Source: Cyanophora paradoxa CCMP329 (lineage: Eukaryota > Plantae > Glaucophyta). Taken from it: DNA of 64,000 nt. The stretch is taken from contig QPMI01000170.1 of the NCBI GenBank assembly GCA_004431415.1, positions 62,001 to 126,000 of the forward strand, in the 5' to 3' direction. How positions within the stretch are numbered: position 1 is the first letter of the stretch; each line of letters opens with the position of its first letter. The translations under genes were made by a program, and so were the position numbers. The notes beneath the pieces are model-generated. The model did not search any database. It was not told the DNA's origin and saw nothing but the letters and a program-made list of their open reading frames with translations. This document shows, piece by piece, positions 24,371 through 36,118 of the stretch.

Positions 24371-24989
24371 AGTGACTGGTTACAATTGGGTAACTAGGCA
24401 TTGATGCCAGCTTCAAGATATTCGCATGCACGTCGGTTTGGCTACGTATTCATGATCAGGCTTGGAATCGGGTCTCAGTCTCCCTAAATCACTGAGTCAC
24501 TGAGGTGCTGGATGTCTGCAGCTGCCAGCCTGATATCGATCATGGCCATGCATTTGGCCAAGGGCAGCCGCTGAGCCTGCAGGCTGCTGCAGTACTAGTG
24601 CATATGCATTGAGGGCCACACTGTGACAGGCCGCGCTGCGGCGGGGCTAAGTCGCATCTCCGAGTCCGACGGTCGGGCCGGGGGTCACACCGGGTTCCGA
24701 AGTTCTCGACTCTTGATGCGCATGCCATGATGAGCCTCGGAGGAATCCGGGGAAACCCGGCCAGGTTCCACTAGCCAGTGGCTTCCGAAGTTCAAGGCTT
24801 CATGATCCGATGATCATCGGATCATGATCACTGAGTCAGCTGCCGCGGTGCAGCTGCAGCCTGGCAGGACTCCTGATCATGAGACAAGCCCTTAGATCAC
24901 TGAGTCAAGCTGGCCATGCCATGATGTCCCCTCAGGGCCCCTCGCGGGTTCCCTCCGTCCCCGCAGAGTCCCCCCGAGCTCGCTCATCA

Positions 24990-26979
24990 TTAGCGTGGGT
25001 TGACCAGGCGACCTCCACACAAACCTAGGCTAGAAGCGGTCGGTGAACCTGGGGCGGGGACCGGGGCCGAGAGCCGATCGACAGGACCGGGGCCCCTCCG
25101 CCGCGTCACTGTGCCGGGGCCTCGGGCGGCGCCTGCGGGTCGCACCTGCCCGGGGAGGCGGCTCGCGGCGGCCCGCGCACGAGGAGGAGCGGGGGCGGGG
25201 CGGGGCGGGACGGACTTGAGGCGGATGCGGGGGCCGAAGGGCTTGAGGGGGCGGTGGCGGCGCGAGAAGAGGAGCGGGGCGCGCGCCGCCACCTCCGCCT
25301 CCGTCAGCTCCCTGCCCGCCCCCGCCCTCGCCGTCGGCGGCCAGCGCCCCGCGCGCGCCCGGGCCCCTGCGGGGGCGGGGGCGGGGGCGCTGAGGGATCG
25401 GACCGGAAGGGGGTGCGCTCGTTGACGAGGAAGCGGTGGGAGTGGTCGACGGGGAGGCCCGCCTCCCGCGCCGCGATCGTCACGCACGCCTGCCCCGCCC
25501 CGCCCTCAGCCCCCCGCCCCCCCGCCCGCGCGCCCCGCCGGGGCAGGCAGGCCACCTGGTCGTACTGCCGGTCACCGTCCTTCCCGCGACGGGCGTGAGA
25601 GGGGGCGGGCCGGGGGGGGCGGGGGGGGGGGGGAGTGGGGCGGGGGGCGCGGGGCACCCAGAGGGCCCAGCCGGCGCGAACGGCGAGGCGGCGGAGGGGC
25701 GCGGAGAGGCCCCAGAGGACGCGCAGGGGCCCGCGGGGGCGCAGCGCGGGGGCCGGCCCCTCGATGCACGCCGCCTCCCGCGCGCACGCCGCGCAGCGCG
25801 CCAGCACAGACTCTGCCGCCGCGCTCCCCGCCTGTCGCACCCTGAGCAGGCGGGCCAAGGAGGGGCGGGGCGGGCGGCGGGCGGCGCCTTGAAGCCGAGG
25901 AGGCCGCCGGCGACCATCGTGCCGCGCAGTTGCGGCCACGCAGCCCGATCCACCCCCAGCGCCTCGAACATGCCTGCCGCCGCCTTAGGCGAGGGGGCAG
26001 ACGCGGGTTCGGGGGCGGGCGGGCCCGGGTGCGTCTGCCAGGCGGGGCTGTCGATGCCGACGAGCAGGTGGCCCCGCCGCCACAGGTCGGCCGCCACCTG
26101 CCCGACGCCCGCGCTGAGCCGGAGGCGGGGCGGGGCGGGGCGGGGCGGGCGGCGGGGCCGGCAGCGCGCCTCGGAGAGCGGCCCCCGCGCCTCCTGCCCC
26201 GCGTCCTGCACGCACTCAGCCGCCGCGCCCGGAGCTCCCGCGCCTGCTCCCGCCTCCCCCTTCGCACCTGGAAGAGGACGGCGCCGCCGTAGCGCCGCAG
26301 GGCCTCCTCGATCGCGGCGAGCTTCCAGGCGAAGTTGCCGAGGCGGCGGAAGTGGGGCGCGCGCGACTCGAAGTCGAAGGGGAGGAGCTCGGCGACGCCG
26401 GCCCAGCAGCGCGCCGCCGCCGCCTGCTCCGGGGCCAGCCCCAGGTCGTACACCACCACCTGCCGCCCCCCGCCGTCGCCGCCTTCCCGGGGCCCCCGGG
26501 CCGGAGCCGTGCGGCGGGCGGGCGAGGGGGCAACGCGCCTTCAGCTCCGGCGCCCAGTGCTGCATGCTCGCCACGAAGTTCTGCAGCGCCGCGAAGAACT
26601 CTGCGCTCGCCGCCGTGACCACGGTGACTGAGGGGACGTCCTCGGACGCGTGGTAGACGAAGGAGCGGCGGGGGCGCGGGTTCGAGAGGTAGGCGTCCGG
26701 GTCGATCTTGTTGAGGCGCTCCATCTTCATCGCCGACGCCACCAGGATGGAGAGGAGCAGGCAAAACGCAAACTGGGCCCAGGGAGCGGTGAGCACTTGT
26801 ATCCGCCGAGCGCGCAGCTTGAGCAGCGAGGGACGCAGGCGCAGAGCTCGGGCGGCAAGCTCGAGCAGGCGCGAGCCCTTCGACGCCGCGCGATGCCAGA
26901 GCGGCAGCTCTTGCGTTTGAAAAGCCTGCAAAGAAGATGGGACGCGCTGCATTCTGTGCAGGTGCCTGAGCATCCTCAT
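24990..26979 (-). CDS. DUF1647-like type II membrane protein, putative glycosyltransferase fold (ends approximate)
   Basis: TM segment WAQFAFCLLLSILVASA, then VVTAASAEFF, VVVYDLGL, FDFESRAPHF..GNFAWKLAAIEEAL, DAG, THPGMFEAL, CARE..CI and QYDQ. Confidence 0.7.
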
Positions 26980-27449
26980 GGAGTCATCCGGAGTGATTTT
27001 GGTTTTCGCAGACGATCTGTGCAAGTTGGTCGGCTCTTGCACACGCGATAGTGCACACGTACTCACCGTGGCGGATCCGCACGGGGACGCGCGCTGGCTT
27101 AGAGACCTAGATAATTGTTGCCACTCCGATATATCCTCTACCCCAGGATATACTAGATGGTCTATACTACCCCCAGGAACAGGCACCAACACACGGGACA
27201 AAAACGGGTCCAGCGAGGCACAGGGAGCAGATATACGGGCCAGATCTAGACCAGTTCGAGGTCAATGCTTGCATTATGCCCGACATTCCGTACTGCAAGA
27301 GCGAGGCCGGGCGCGAGCGCGGTCGCGTAGGAGGACGCCGCGCGCGCTAGCCAATCGCATTGGAGAGTGCGTTAACTTACCCTGAGAAAGTCTTTCAGTG
27401 TACCCTATCCAGCGCGGGAAATTCCCGCAGGCCGGGAACGCCCGCGCCG

Positions 27450-28519
27450 ATGCTACCGCAAGGACGCCCGCGCGGTTCCGCGCCGCCAAGCGGCATCGTC
27501 ATAGGAGCGGACATCGAGCCGGCGACGGGGCCGTGCGACTCGCCTAGCTGCGGTGGCTCCCGCAAGCTGTACGGAGGCAAGTGCCTGCACTGCGGCCAGC
27601 ACTTCTGCACGAGGGACGCGCTTTACAGTCATGTGCCAGGATGTCGCGCCCCCGCGCCTGCAGCCAGCATAGGGCGCCCTGTAGGAACCCGCAGCTCGAC
27701 CAGTGGCGCCCACGCGTTCAGCGAGCGGCCTGAGTGCGGGGACTGTCAGCAGAAGAGCAAAGCCACCGGCAGCAAAGACGTGTGGGGCTGTGACCTCTGC
27801 GCTGCCCACTTCGTGCGCTTCGGCCCGGCGAAGGTGGTGGCACACCGGTACCACGCAACTGCATCCTTTGAAAAGGGTACCTCGTTCTCCTTCTTCTTCC
27901 CGTCTTACGTGGTACGCGGTCATCCCTGGCCGCAGCCAAGTTTACCAGCTCGACTACCAGGCCGGCGACAAGCTTCAGCTCGTCTACACTACCTTTGAGT
28001 CGGACCTTAAGGGTTCGTGGGTCTCTCCGTGCTCTGCCTCAGTCTGCCCTTGCTGAGCTCTCCCCCAGATGGCCACGTCCACTTCATCCCCCAGCAGTAC
28101 ACTCGGGAGTACGTGATCACGGCCAAGGACGAGAAGACCCAGGCGCTTGACGCCCTCTACGACGCATTCCGGTGGGCACTTTCCACCCCTCTCCCGCGTC
28201 TGTTTGCTTTCGTGTGCCCACCGCCGTCCCTGCAGGAACGGCACGGCCACTCTGCAGTCCGGCCCCAAGTCCTGCCTGGTGATGCCGGCCCCGCCTGCCC
28301 CGATTGCGGCCCTGCCTGCGCCACAGCTGCCCGAGGACGACGACGAGTGCATCCCTCTTTCTTGCTCCCGGATGCTCCATCGCTCCTCAATCCCAGCCCG
28401 CAGGGATACGCCAAAGCACCGCTCGGGTGGCCGCAAGGCCACCGTGATCTCCTCGGACGAGTCCGACAACGCCTCCGCCACCGGGTCTGCCGCCCCTCCG
28501 TCTCCTTCCCCGCCCCACC

Positions 28520-28551
<32 letters not shown>

Positions 28552-28871
28552 TTCCCCCACCCCTCCTCCCTCTCCTTACCCGCTCTGCCCTCAGGGACGA
28601 CCCCATCGAGGTCTCCTCGGACGAGGAGGGGGCAGCGCCCGAGCTCGACGCCGCCGAGGCGCCGGTCGTGAAGTCGGCCTCCGCCCCAAAGAAGGCCACC
28701 GGCATGAAGGGCCTCATGGCCCTCGCTGCGCCCCGCCTCCTCGGCACCAAGGCCGCGCGCCTCCTGGGCGCCGGCGTCTCCAAGGGCAAGAAGACCAAGA
28801 AGACGGCGGCCCCCAAGGCCGCCAAGTCCAAGGACACCAAGGGCGGAAAGAAGACCAAGGCCGTGCGGTGA
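27450..28871 (+). CDS. Cys/His-rich zinc-finger-like protein with a Lys-rich tail, inside the TIR element
   Basis: CDSPSC..CLHCGQHFC..H...C and CGDC..CDLC..H. Last exon DDPIEVSSDEE...KKTKKTAAPKAAKSK has strong coding bias. Confidence 0.55.
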
Positions 28872-29039
28872 CAGTGCAGTCCCGCACGGGGCTGCCAAAC
28901 TGCAGCCCCCCCGCCCATTTTGTGCGAGTCTTGTGCGCGCTGTGAATGCCAAGCCACTGCAGTGCAACAGTCCCGTTCACATGATTAAATTCCCTTCCCC
29001 GGACCCAACTGACGCGCGCGGCAAGTCAGTGGCTCTTTA

Positions 29040-29407
29040 TATATCACTGGCTACCGGTCGTGTCCCCGGGGCTGAGGGGCACGACCGAGGGCGGGCGCGC
29101 CGTGTCCCCGGCGTAGGCGATGGCGCGCGGTGGGGGGTGCATGAGGGGGGGCACGGTGGAGTTAGAGCCGAGTCTAGAGGCGATGGTGGGCGTGGCGGAG
29201 CTGGCTGCGTACTGCAGCATCACACGCAGAACGCAGCCAGCTCCGCCACGCCCACCATCGCCTCTAGACTCGGCTCTAACTCCACCGTGCCCCCCCTCAT
29301 GATCATGCACCCCCCACCGCGCGCCATCGCCTACGCCGGGGACACGGCGCGCCCGCCCTCGGTCGTGCCCCTCAGCCCCGGGGACACGACCGGTAGCCAG
29401 TGATATA
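29040..29407. repeat. Long near-perfect inverted repeat (arms about 175 bp, loop about 10 nt)
   Basis: 29040-29215 pairs with 29226-29407. Differences are one mismatch near the loop and one 6-bp insertion. Confidence 0.95.
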
Positions 29408-29933
29408 CTAGACTCGCCCAAGACCATTCTAGTATATCCTGGGGTAGAGGATATATCGGAGTGGCAACATAGATGCTTGCCGCTTGCCCGGGGTACTTCG
29501 TCGAAGTTGGCGGGCTTCGCCTCAGAGCTTAATTCGTAGCCCAGCTTCGTAAGGCTCCGCAGCGATGATGCCAGCATTTTCAGTGGCTCCATTTGCGCCC
29601 GCAGGTCCGTGCAGCGTTAGGGCTTAAAGCGCATTTCACGGCCAGCCGGCTAGCTAGGGCGACGTAGGTCCAGCCTAGAGATGATTGCCGTGCTATCGTG
29701 CGCTCTGCAACAACGTTTGCGCGCTGCAGGGCAGGCATTCGGCGCGTTTCGCTCGCCCATGACCGGTATGCAACGCGCCCCCGCAAGACGGTGCGCGCTT
29801 TTGCGAGCGGCTTGCAGGCCCGCGATCGGTTGGCCAGTCGTCCTTCCGCGGCCGGCGCGTGGCGGCGGCGGCGGCGGTGGCGGCGCGCCAGCCAGCGGCA
29901 TGCGCAGCGCCGCGGTTTGGGGCGGCGGAGGCG

Positions 29934-31152
29934 ATGCTGCGCGACAAAACGGTGGTGATTACGGGGTGCTCGAAGGGCATCGGGGCGGAGTTCGTGCGGC
30001 AGCTCTTCGAGCACCGCGTGGCGCGCGTGGTCGGCCTGGTGCGCGACCCGTCGGCGGCCGGCGTGAAGCGGCTCGAGGCGGACTTCGGCGACAAGTTCGA
30101 GGCCGTGCGCGCGGACGTCGGCAGCGAGGACTCGATCAAGGTGCCGGAGCCCCCGCCCGCAGCCGCGGCGGCGGCGGCCGAGCTCGCGCAGGCGGCGGCG
30201 GCGGAGGTGCTGCGGAAGACGGACCGCGTCGACATCCTCATCAACTGCGCCGGCGTCTGGTCCCGCGCGGGGTTCGACACCGTGCGCCCCTCTCGCCCTC
30301 GCGCGCGCCCCGCGCCGGGCGCCGACGCGGCGTCTCCGGCAGGTGACGTCGGAGCACATGGCGCGCGGGGGCGGGGGGCGGGGGGCGGGGGCGGGCTCTA
30401 AGGGGAGCGCCAGGTGGAGCTCTTCCGGGTGAACGCGCTGGGCCCGATGCTCGTCGCCCGCGAGCTCCTCCCCGCCATCCGCGCCGCCGCCCGCGTCCGC
30501 CCCTCCCCCCGGCCCCGCCCCCCGCCCCCTCATCCGCCCCCAAGGCCGGCGACCACGGCGACGTCCACGCCGGCCTCATACTCAACCTCACTTCGTGCCC
30601 GCCCGCCCGCCCTCCGCCGCGCGGGGCCGCGTCGCTGACCCCGCGGCGGGCCAGGAAAATGGGCTCCACCGAGGATAATTCCTCCGGGAATTCGTACGCC
30701 TACCGCGCCTCCAAGGTGCCTCGCCCCGCCCGGCCGCCCCCGCCGCTGCCGCCGGCACGGGGGAGCGGGGCCGGGGCGGCTGAGCGGGGCGGGGGGCGGT
30801 GCAGTGCGCGCTGAACATCATCAACAAGTCGCTGTCGATCGACTTCGCGCCGGAGGGGATCACCTCCGTCCTCCTCCACCCGGGCTACGTCCGCACAGAC
30901 ATGGCCCGCCCGCCCCTCCCGCCCGGCCCCCGACCCCTCGCGGACCCCCGCCTGAGACACCCCGGGGCGCGCAGACGAGCGGGCAGGGCCTAATCAACCC
31001 CGACGAGTCGGTCCGCGGCCTAATCGGCGTCATCGAGGGCCTCGGTGCCGCGCTTCCCCCCCCTCCTGCCCGCACCGGTGCCCATGCCGGCGGCAGAGTA
31101 CGCGGACAATGGCTGCTGGTTCGACTTCAAGGGCGTCGAGATCCCCTGGTAG
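29934..31152 (+). CDS. Short-chain dehydrogenase/reductase, CsgA/C-factor-like (may have an upstream targeting extension)
   Basis: VVITGCSKGIG, DILINCAG, FRVNALGP, AYRASK (YxxxK), LHPGYVRTDM and the terminal EIPW*. Confidence 0.92.
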
Positions 31153-31591
31153 GGACTCGTCAGCTCGGCTCTAGCGCTAGCGCTAGCGCTGGCGGCGCCG
31201 GCGTCAAACTTGTTCCCTCAATGAATATATTCATGCCGCACGCTGGGCGCGCGCGGGGCTAAGCATGACTCGCGCGCGGAAGCTTAATTTATAAGGGTCT
31301 AGCTATAGATATCGATCTAGATTTGCGCGCGGGGCCCGGAGCCGCAGCCGCACCACGCAGATTCGTGCAGCACGGAAGGACGCAATCCAAAAGCGCACAG
31401 CGACGCTGGCGCTGCGTCCTGGACTCCTGGCTCCTCTCGAGCCAGAAGTAGACGGAGGGGGGGCAGCGCTAGGGGTCCAGCTGCAGCGCTAGAATGGCTC
31501 CAGCGCTAGCGCGCGTTGCAATTGGCGGCGCTGGCGTCGAATCGCGAACCTGTTCCCTTCGCAGCAGGTCCCCAGGAGCCCTCCAATAATG

Positions 31592-32009
31592 TGCATTTCA
31601 GACACGACCAACGACATCTGGACTAGCCCTAGTAGCTGTTTGGCTAGCAGTGGGCCGCCGGTCGAATCGTAAGGGCTCAGACAGATAGGCAAGCGACGTC
31701 GAAAATCGAAATCGAATACCGAAGCTCGAGATCGAAACCTAGGTCTACTTACCCTACGGGCTTAAGATCGAAAGATCAAAGGTGCGGGCCGTGCCCGGAG
31801 GCTCGCCCGTTCCCGCCACGGACTGGCCCTAAGGGAGAGGAATGCTGCCCGGCGGCCCGAGGGGGCCGGAACCCCAACGAGCCCCGGACCGGGAGACCGG
31901 TACCGGGCCTCCCCCGCTCCCGAAGGTGCGTAAGCTAAAGGTGGAGCCGCATCGCGCCGCGTCGGATCGAAGCTGGGGTACTGGGGCCATCGCAATCCGT
32001 GCGGATCGC
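31592..32009. repeat. Dispersed repeat family A, copy 1 (probable transposon relic)
   Basis: About 420 bp nearly identical to 55737-56171. Confidence 0.93.
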
Positions 32010-32190
32010 ACCGTGTTCATTCCTGGTCGTTCGCGGGAGGCTGGCCGTGCGGGGCGTGAGCGGGGTGAAAGGCGCAGTGCGCGGGGAGGCTCACTGTAGC
32101 GCTGTTTTCCGGCGTGGTCGGCGTAGCCGGCTCGCGCAGGGCCCTGCAGCTGTCCGTTCTACGGCCGTGAAGGGGTACTGCAATCGTGAA

Positions 32191-32442
32191 TCGTCCAAAC
32201 TTTCGTCCAACTTTCGTCCAACTTTCGTCCAACTTTCGTCCAACTTTCGTCCAACTTTCGTCCAACTTAAGCTTCCGTCCAAGTACTAGTGCCAGTCGAC
32301 GTCGTAATCCGATGATCAAACCTCAACTTTCGTCCAACTTAAGCTTCCGTCCAAGTACTAGTGCCAGTCGACGTCGTAATCCGATGATCAAACCTCAACT
32401 TTCGTCCAACTTTCGTCCAACTTTCATTCAACTTTCGTCCAA
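32191..32442. repeat. 11-bp tandem array (CCAACTTTCGT)n containing an internal ~60-bp direct duplication
   Basis: Directly visible; ends about 110 bp upstream of the LCIB-like ATG. Confidence 0.93.
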
Positions 32443-32554
32443 TCAATAAAGCAATAATGTGCAATAAAGCCGCAGTCGACGAGTGAACTTCACAGACTTT
32501 GCGCCACGCAGCAGACGCCCGTACCAGGCCGCCTCGATCTTGCAGACCTAGAGG

Positions 32555-35520
32555 ATGGCGTTCATCCTCTCCGCACCGGCTTCGGCGGCCCAGCGCGCGG
32601 CGCCCGTAAGCGCGGCCACGGGCTCGAGCTCCCTGCTCCAGTCCATCCAGCACCGGCCCGCGCGCGCGGCTAGCCAGTTCGGTGGCCGGAACACCGTCGC
32701 GCGCACGTTCGACGTGCAGGAGCAGGTGTCGTTCTCGGTCGACTGCAATGCGTACAACGTCAACAGTACGAGTCCCCGCCGCCTGCGCGCATACCTAGTT
32801 CAGACGTCCCTCGTACTCCTCGTGGCTCATTAGTGCTTCTTTCGTTGCGCGCGCACTGGTTTCGCATCGAGCAGTGGCGAACCGCGCCGCCCTGTCGAAG
32901 AAGGTGAACGCCGTCCCGCACGTCGGAGCGCGATGGGGTCTAGCAGATTCGTCCGTGCGCGTGGCTGTCGTTCTCATGCGATATGAACGCAGGTCGACTA
33001 TCACCACCCGGCGGATATTCGTCAGGGCTACGACCCGGAGGTGCGTTTGCCGATGCATGCGGACGGGTCATTTGGCTCGTGGATCTAGGAACTGGACTCG
33101 GCCGGAGAGCTGCAGCGAGCTGTAGTTTATATTCGACGCGCTCCGGAGAGACCGGCGGCGCCGGCGATTCGTAGCGCGCAGCGTTCGCAAACTATTGAGA
33201 GCTCGCCAACCGACGTCGGATGCGCGCTCGCAGGATCCGCACCCGGCGTTCACTCAGGTCATTAACGAGCTCTATCCGGATGCCGTTTCCAGCCAGGATT
33301 TCCTCCGCCAGACCTACAAGGTGCGCTCCCCACGGGACACCGACCGATCCGCGGCTCAACCGCAGTCGCCGTCGTAGGCCCTGCTCAAGCTTGGCTTCTC
33401 GAAAGTGGTGCGAACTGGCTGTGCGTCCTCCGAGGTTGCGCGTCCCTGATCCGCGCCGCAGAACACGCTGCCCTGCGCGGTGCGGCCGTGGAGTTCTGCT
33501 GGGGCGTGTTGACGGCGCAGCTGCAGGTCGCTCACGTTGCGGGGCGCAGACGCTGTGCCGTGACGAGATCTGCCGGCCGCTGGGCAAGGACATCGAGGAC
33601 CTGTTCTGCCGCACGGACGAGGACGAGGCGAACGGCAAGTTCATCCTCAACGCCCTCGCCGGCATCATGAGCTCCGGCCGCACCGCCGTCAAGGCCGCCG
33701 TCTCCCACGCCCCCATGGTCCGCCCCCGAGCGCCACGCCCCGCCCCGACGGCGCCGGGCTGCCCCGCCGACGCCCCGCCCAGATGGACGGCTACGAGCGG
33801 TACCTGTTCATGTCGTTCCCGCACATCGCCATCGACTACCGCGGGCGCGTCGGCATGGTCCGCCGCCCGGGTCGCTCCGAGGTCCGTTCGCGCGCGACGT
33901 GTGCAGGCGGGGCGGGGCGTGAGGCGGGGCGCAGAACTCGCACGCGTGCGGAGCGCTGCTGGGCCTGGAGGACGCGTTCGCCACGGGGGCGCTGCAGACG
34001 CAGCCGGCCATCGACCCCGCGGACCTCGAGATGAGCATGCTCAAGCGCCGCTTCTTCAACCTCGTCCCCCGCGGCGTGCGCGCGCCCCTCCCCCCCCTCT
34101 TCCCGCGCCGCTGGGGCGGCTGGGGCGGGGCGGGGCTGAGGGCGGGGCGCAGAGCAAGCCGAACCTGGTGGAGATCACGGACATGGCGCTGCAGCTGGCG
34201 GAGGAGACGCTCGACAACGTCGTCCCCGAGGTCGTCTCCAGCCGCCGCTGCCACTACGCCGTCCGCGCCCCGCCCCGCCCCGCCCCGCCCCCGCTGCGGC
34301 GCCGGGCTCTGAGGCTGCGGCGCGGCGCGCGGCGGCAGGTCGTCACGGGGATCCAGATCCACGGGCCTGACGGGACCAACTTCATCGCCCCGTCGCGCAT
34401 GTACGCCGTCATCCACGGCAAGCGCCAGGAGATCAACGTCGACGTCCGCCCCGCCCCGGCCCCCCGCCCGCCCCCCGCCTCTGACCCCGGCTCCGGGGGC
34501 GGGCAGTTCACGCCCTTCGCGGTGACCAAGGCGGGGAAGACGTCGACGACGCCGGCGGGCCTGGGCTCGGCGCTGGAGGCGGCGTCGGCGGCCTTCGACG
34601 CGGCCTCGCGCGCCCTCGTGGTGGCCTCGAAGGAGAAGAACCTGACGCCGCGCAAGAAGGCCCCGGCCGCCAAGGCGCGCACCCCCGTCAACGGCGCCGC
34701 CCCCAAGAAGAAGGCCACCTCCTCCCGCAAGAAGAAGGACAACTACGGTCCGCCCCGCCCCGCCCCGAGCGCCCCGCGGCGTGCGCCGGGCAGCGCGGCT
34801 GACGGGCGGGGCAGGCACCTACTCGCCGACGCCGAGCTCGGTCTCGCCGGCCTCGATGTCGACCTCGCCGCTGCCCTACACCCCGACCCCGACCCCGACC
34901 CCCGTGCCCTCCCCGGCCACCTACTCCCCGACCCCCGCCGCCGGCGGCCAGGTCTCCTACGGTCCGCCCGCCCCGCCCCAGCTCGGGCCCGGGCCCCCCG
35001 CGCACGCGCTGACGGCGCGCTGATGGCGCGCAGGCATCGCGTCGCCCCCGGCCGGGTACGAGCCGCAGTACAGCGACTACAGCTACGACGCCGCTGAGAC
35101 CACCTATGCCGACGCCGCCCGTGCGCACCCGCCGCTGCGCCACTCCCCGCCCCCCCCCGCCCCCCCTCACGTCTCGCCGGCGCAGCGTCGGGCTCGAGCT
35201 CTGGGTACAGCATCGCGTCGCCCCCGGCCGGGTACGTGCCCCAGTACGACGACCAGTACGGCTACGACCAGGGCTACTCGTACGACCAGGGCTACGCCTA
35301 CGACGGTCCGCCCCCCGCCCCGCCCCGCGCCCCGCCCCGCGCCTCGCCTCGAGCTCGCCTCACCGCGCGCGCGCGCAGGCTCCGCTCAGGCCCCCGCCTA
35401 CTATGATGAGCCGGCCAGCTCCGGCAGCTATTGTGCGCCCCTCCCCTCCTCTTTTTCCCCCTCCCCGCCTGACGCGTTTCTTTGCGCGCAGCGATCTCCG
35501 CGCCCCCGGCGGGCTACTAA
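32555..35520 (+). CDS. LCIB: LCIB-family (theta-type) carbonic anhydrase homologue with a plastid transit peptide and a long Lys/Pro/Tyr-rich C-terminal tail
   Basis: Transit peptide MAFILSAPASAA. Core LCRDE, GRTAVKAAVSHAP, FPHIAIDYRGRVGMVRRPG, SHACGAL and VVTGIQIHG, with the Cys/His/Cys zinc ligands intact. Confidence 0.9.
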
Positions 35521-35846
35521 GCGTCGGCCGCCCAGCCGGCCTGCGCCCCGAAGGTCGAGCCTAGCCTAGCAGGCCTTCTGTACTCTACCGCCGCAGGCGC
35601 TCCAGCCGGGGGCAGCCTGCTCGGCCGGTCCCGCACGCCGCGCCGTATTCATTGATGCACAGCGTTGTGCACGTGCGATCTGCTGATGTTCAGCTGCAAA
35701 TTGCCTTTTTTTTTGGCTCTGGGAGCTTTGAAATTTTGGTCCCCCACCCCTTGTACTAGTATGATTTCCAGGAATGAAAATGCATTGTGTAATACTTGCC
35801 TTCTAATGCCAAAGACACCGACTTCAATGGACCCACGAGTGCGCGC

Positions 35847-35914
35847 GCGCGCGGAAGTACGCGTGAAGTGGTGGCGGACGGCGGGGCGCTCCTGGAGCTG
35901 GAGCTGGGGGCGCG
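35847..35914 (-). pseudogene. Inverted copy of the transit-peptide exon of the 38034 gene
   Basis: Encodes RPQLQLQERPAVRHHFTRTSAR versus RPQLQLQERPAVRHQFTRTSAR at about 38092-38160. No nearby in-frame ATG. Confidence 0.75.
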
Positions 35915-36118
35915 CGGTCCGGGCGCCTGCTGGCACACCGGCGATTGGAGTCCCGACCGGGGGATGAGCTTGAAAAAAGGTCAAAAAATTACTGGGTTGG
36001 CGCGATCGCGAGGGGGGGGGGTGCGGCGGAACAGGGGGAGCGGAGTGGGGGCCGAGGAGGGGCGCGGGCGGCGGGCGCGGGGAGCAGGGGGGCGGGGGCG
36101 GGAGCGGCGGGCGGCGGG

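Larger units (their letters stand above)
27116..29469. mobile_element. Non-autonomous DNA-transposon-like element with ~48-bp terminal inverted repeats (TGTTG...CAACA)
   Basis: tgttgccactccgatatatcctctaccccaggatatactaga at 27116 is the exact reverse complement of 29428-29469, and the match extends past a 1-nt indel. No clear target-site duplication and no transposase motif seen. Confidence 0.8.

Noticed and set aside
25480-27201. 573-aa ORF extending into the TIR element
   Set aside because: It has a non-ATG start, reads through the TIR and introns, and is a chance open frame in GC-rich DNA.
28519-28551. Long poly-C runs (also near 6840, 45135 and 63755) as special elements
   Set aside because: They are intronic homopolymers typical of this genome, and their lengths are unreliable.
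27116-29469. LTR retrotransposon or solo LTR, given the TG...CA ends
   Set aside because: The ends are long inverted repeats rather than direct repeats, and there are no gag/pol, primer-binding-site or target-duplication features.
32191-32442. CRISPR-like array
   Set aside because: The units are contiguous 11-mers, the two longer inserts are identical rather than unique spacers, there are no cas genes, and the context is eukaryotic.
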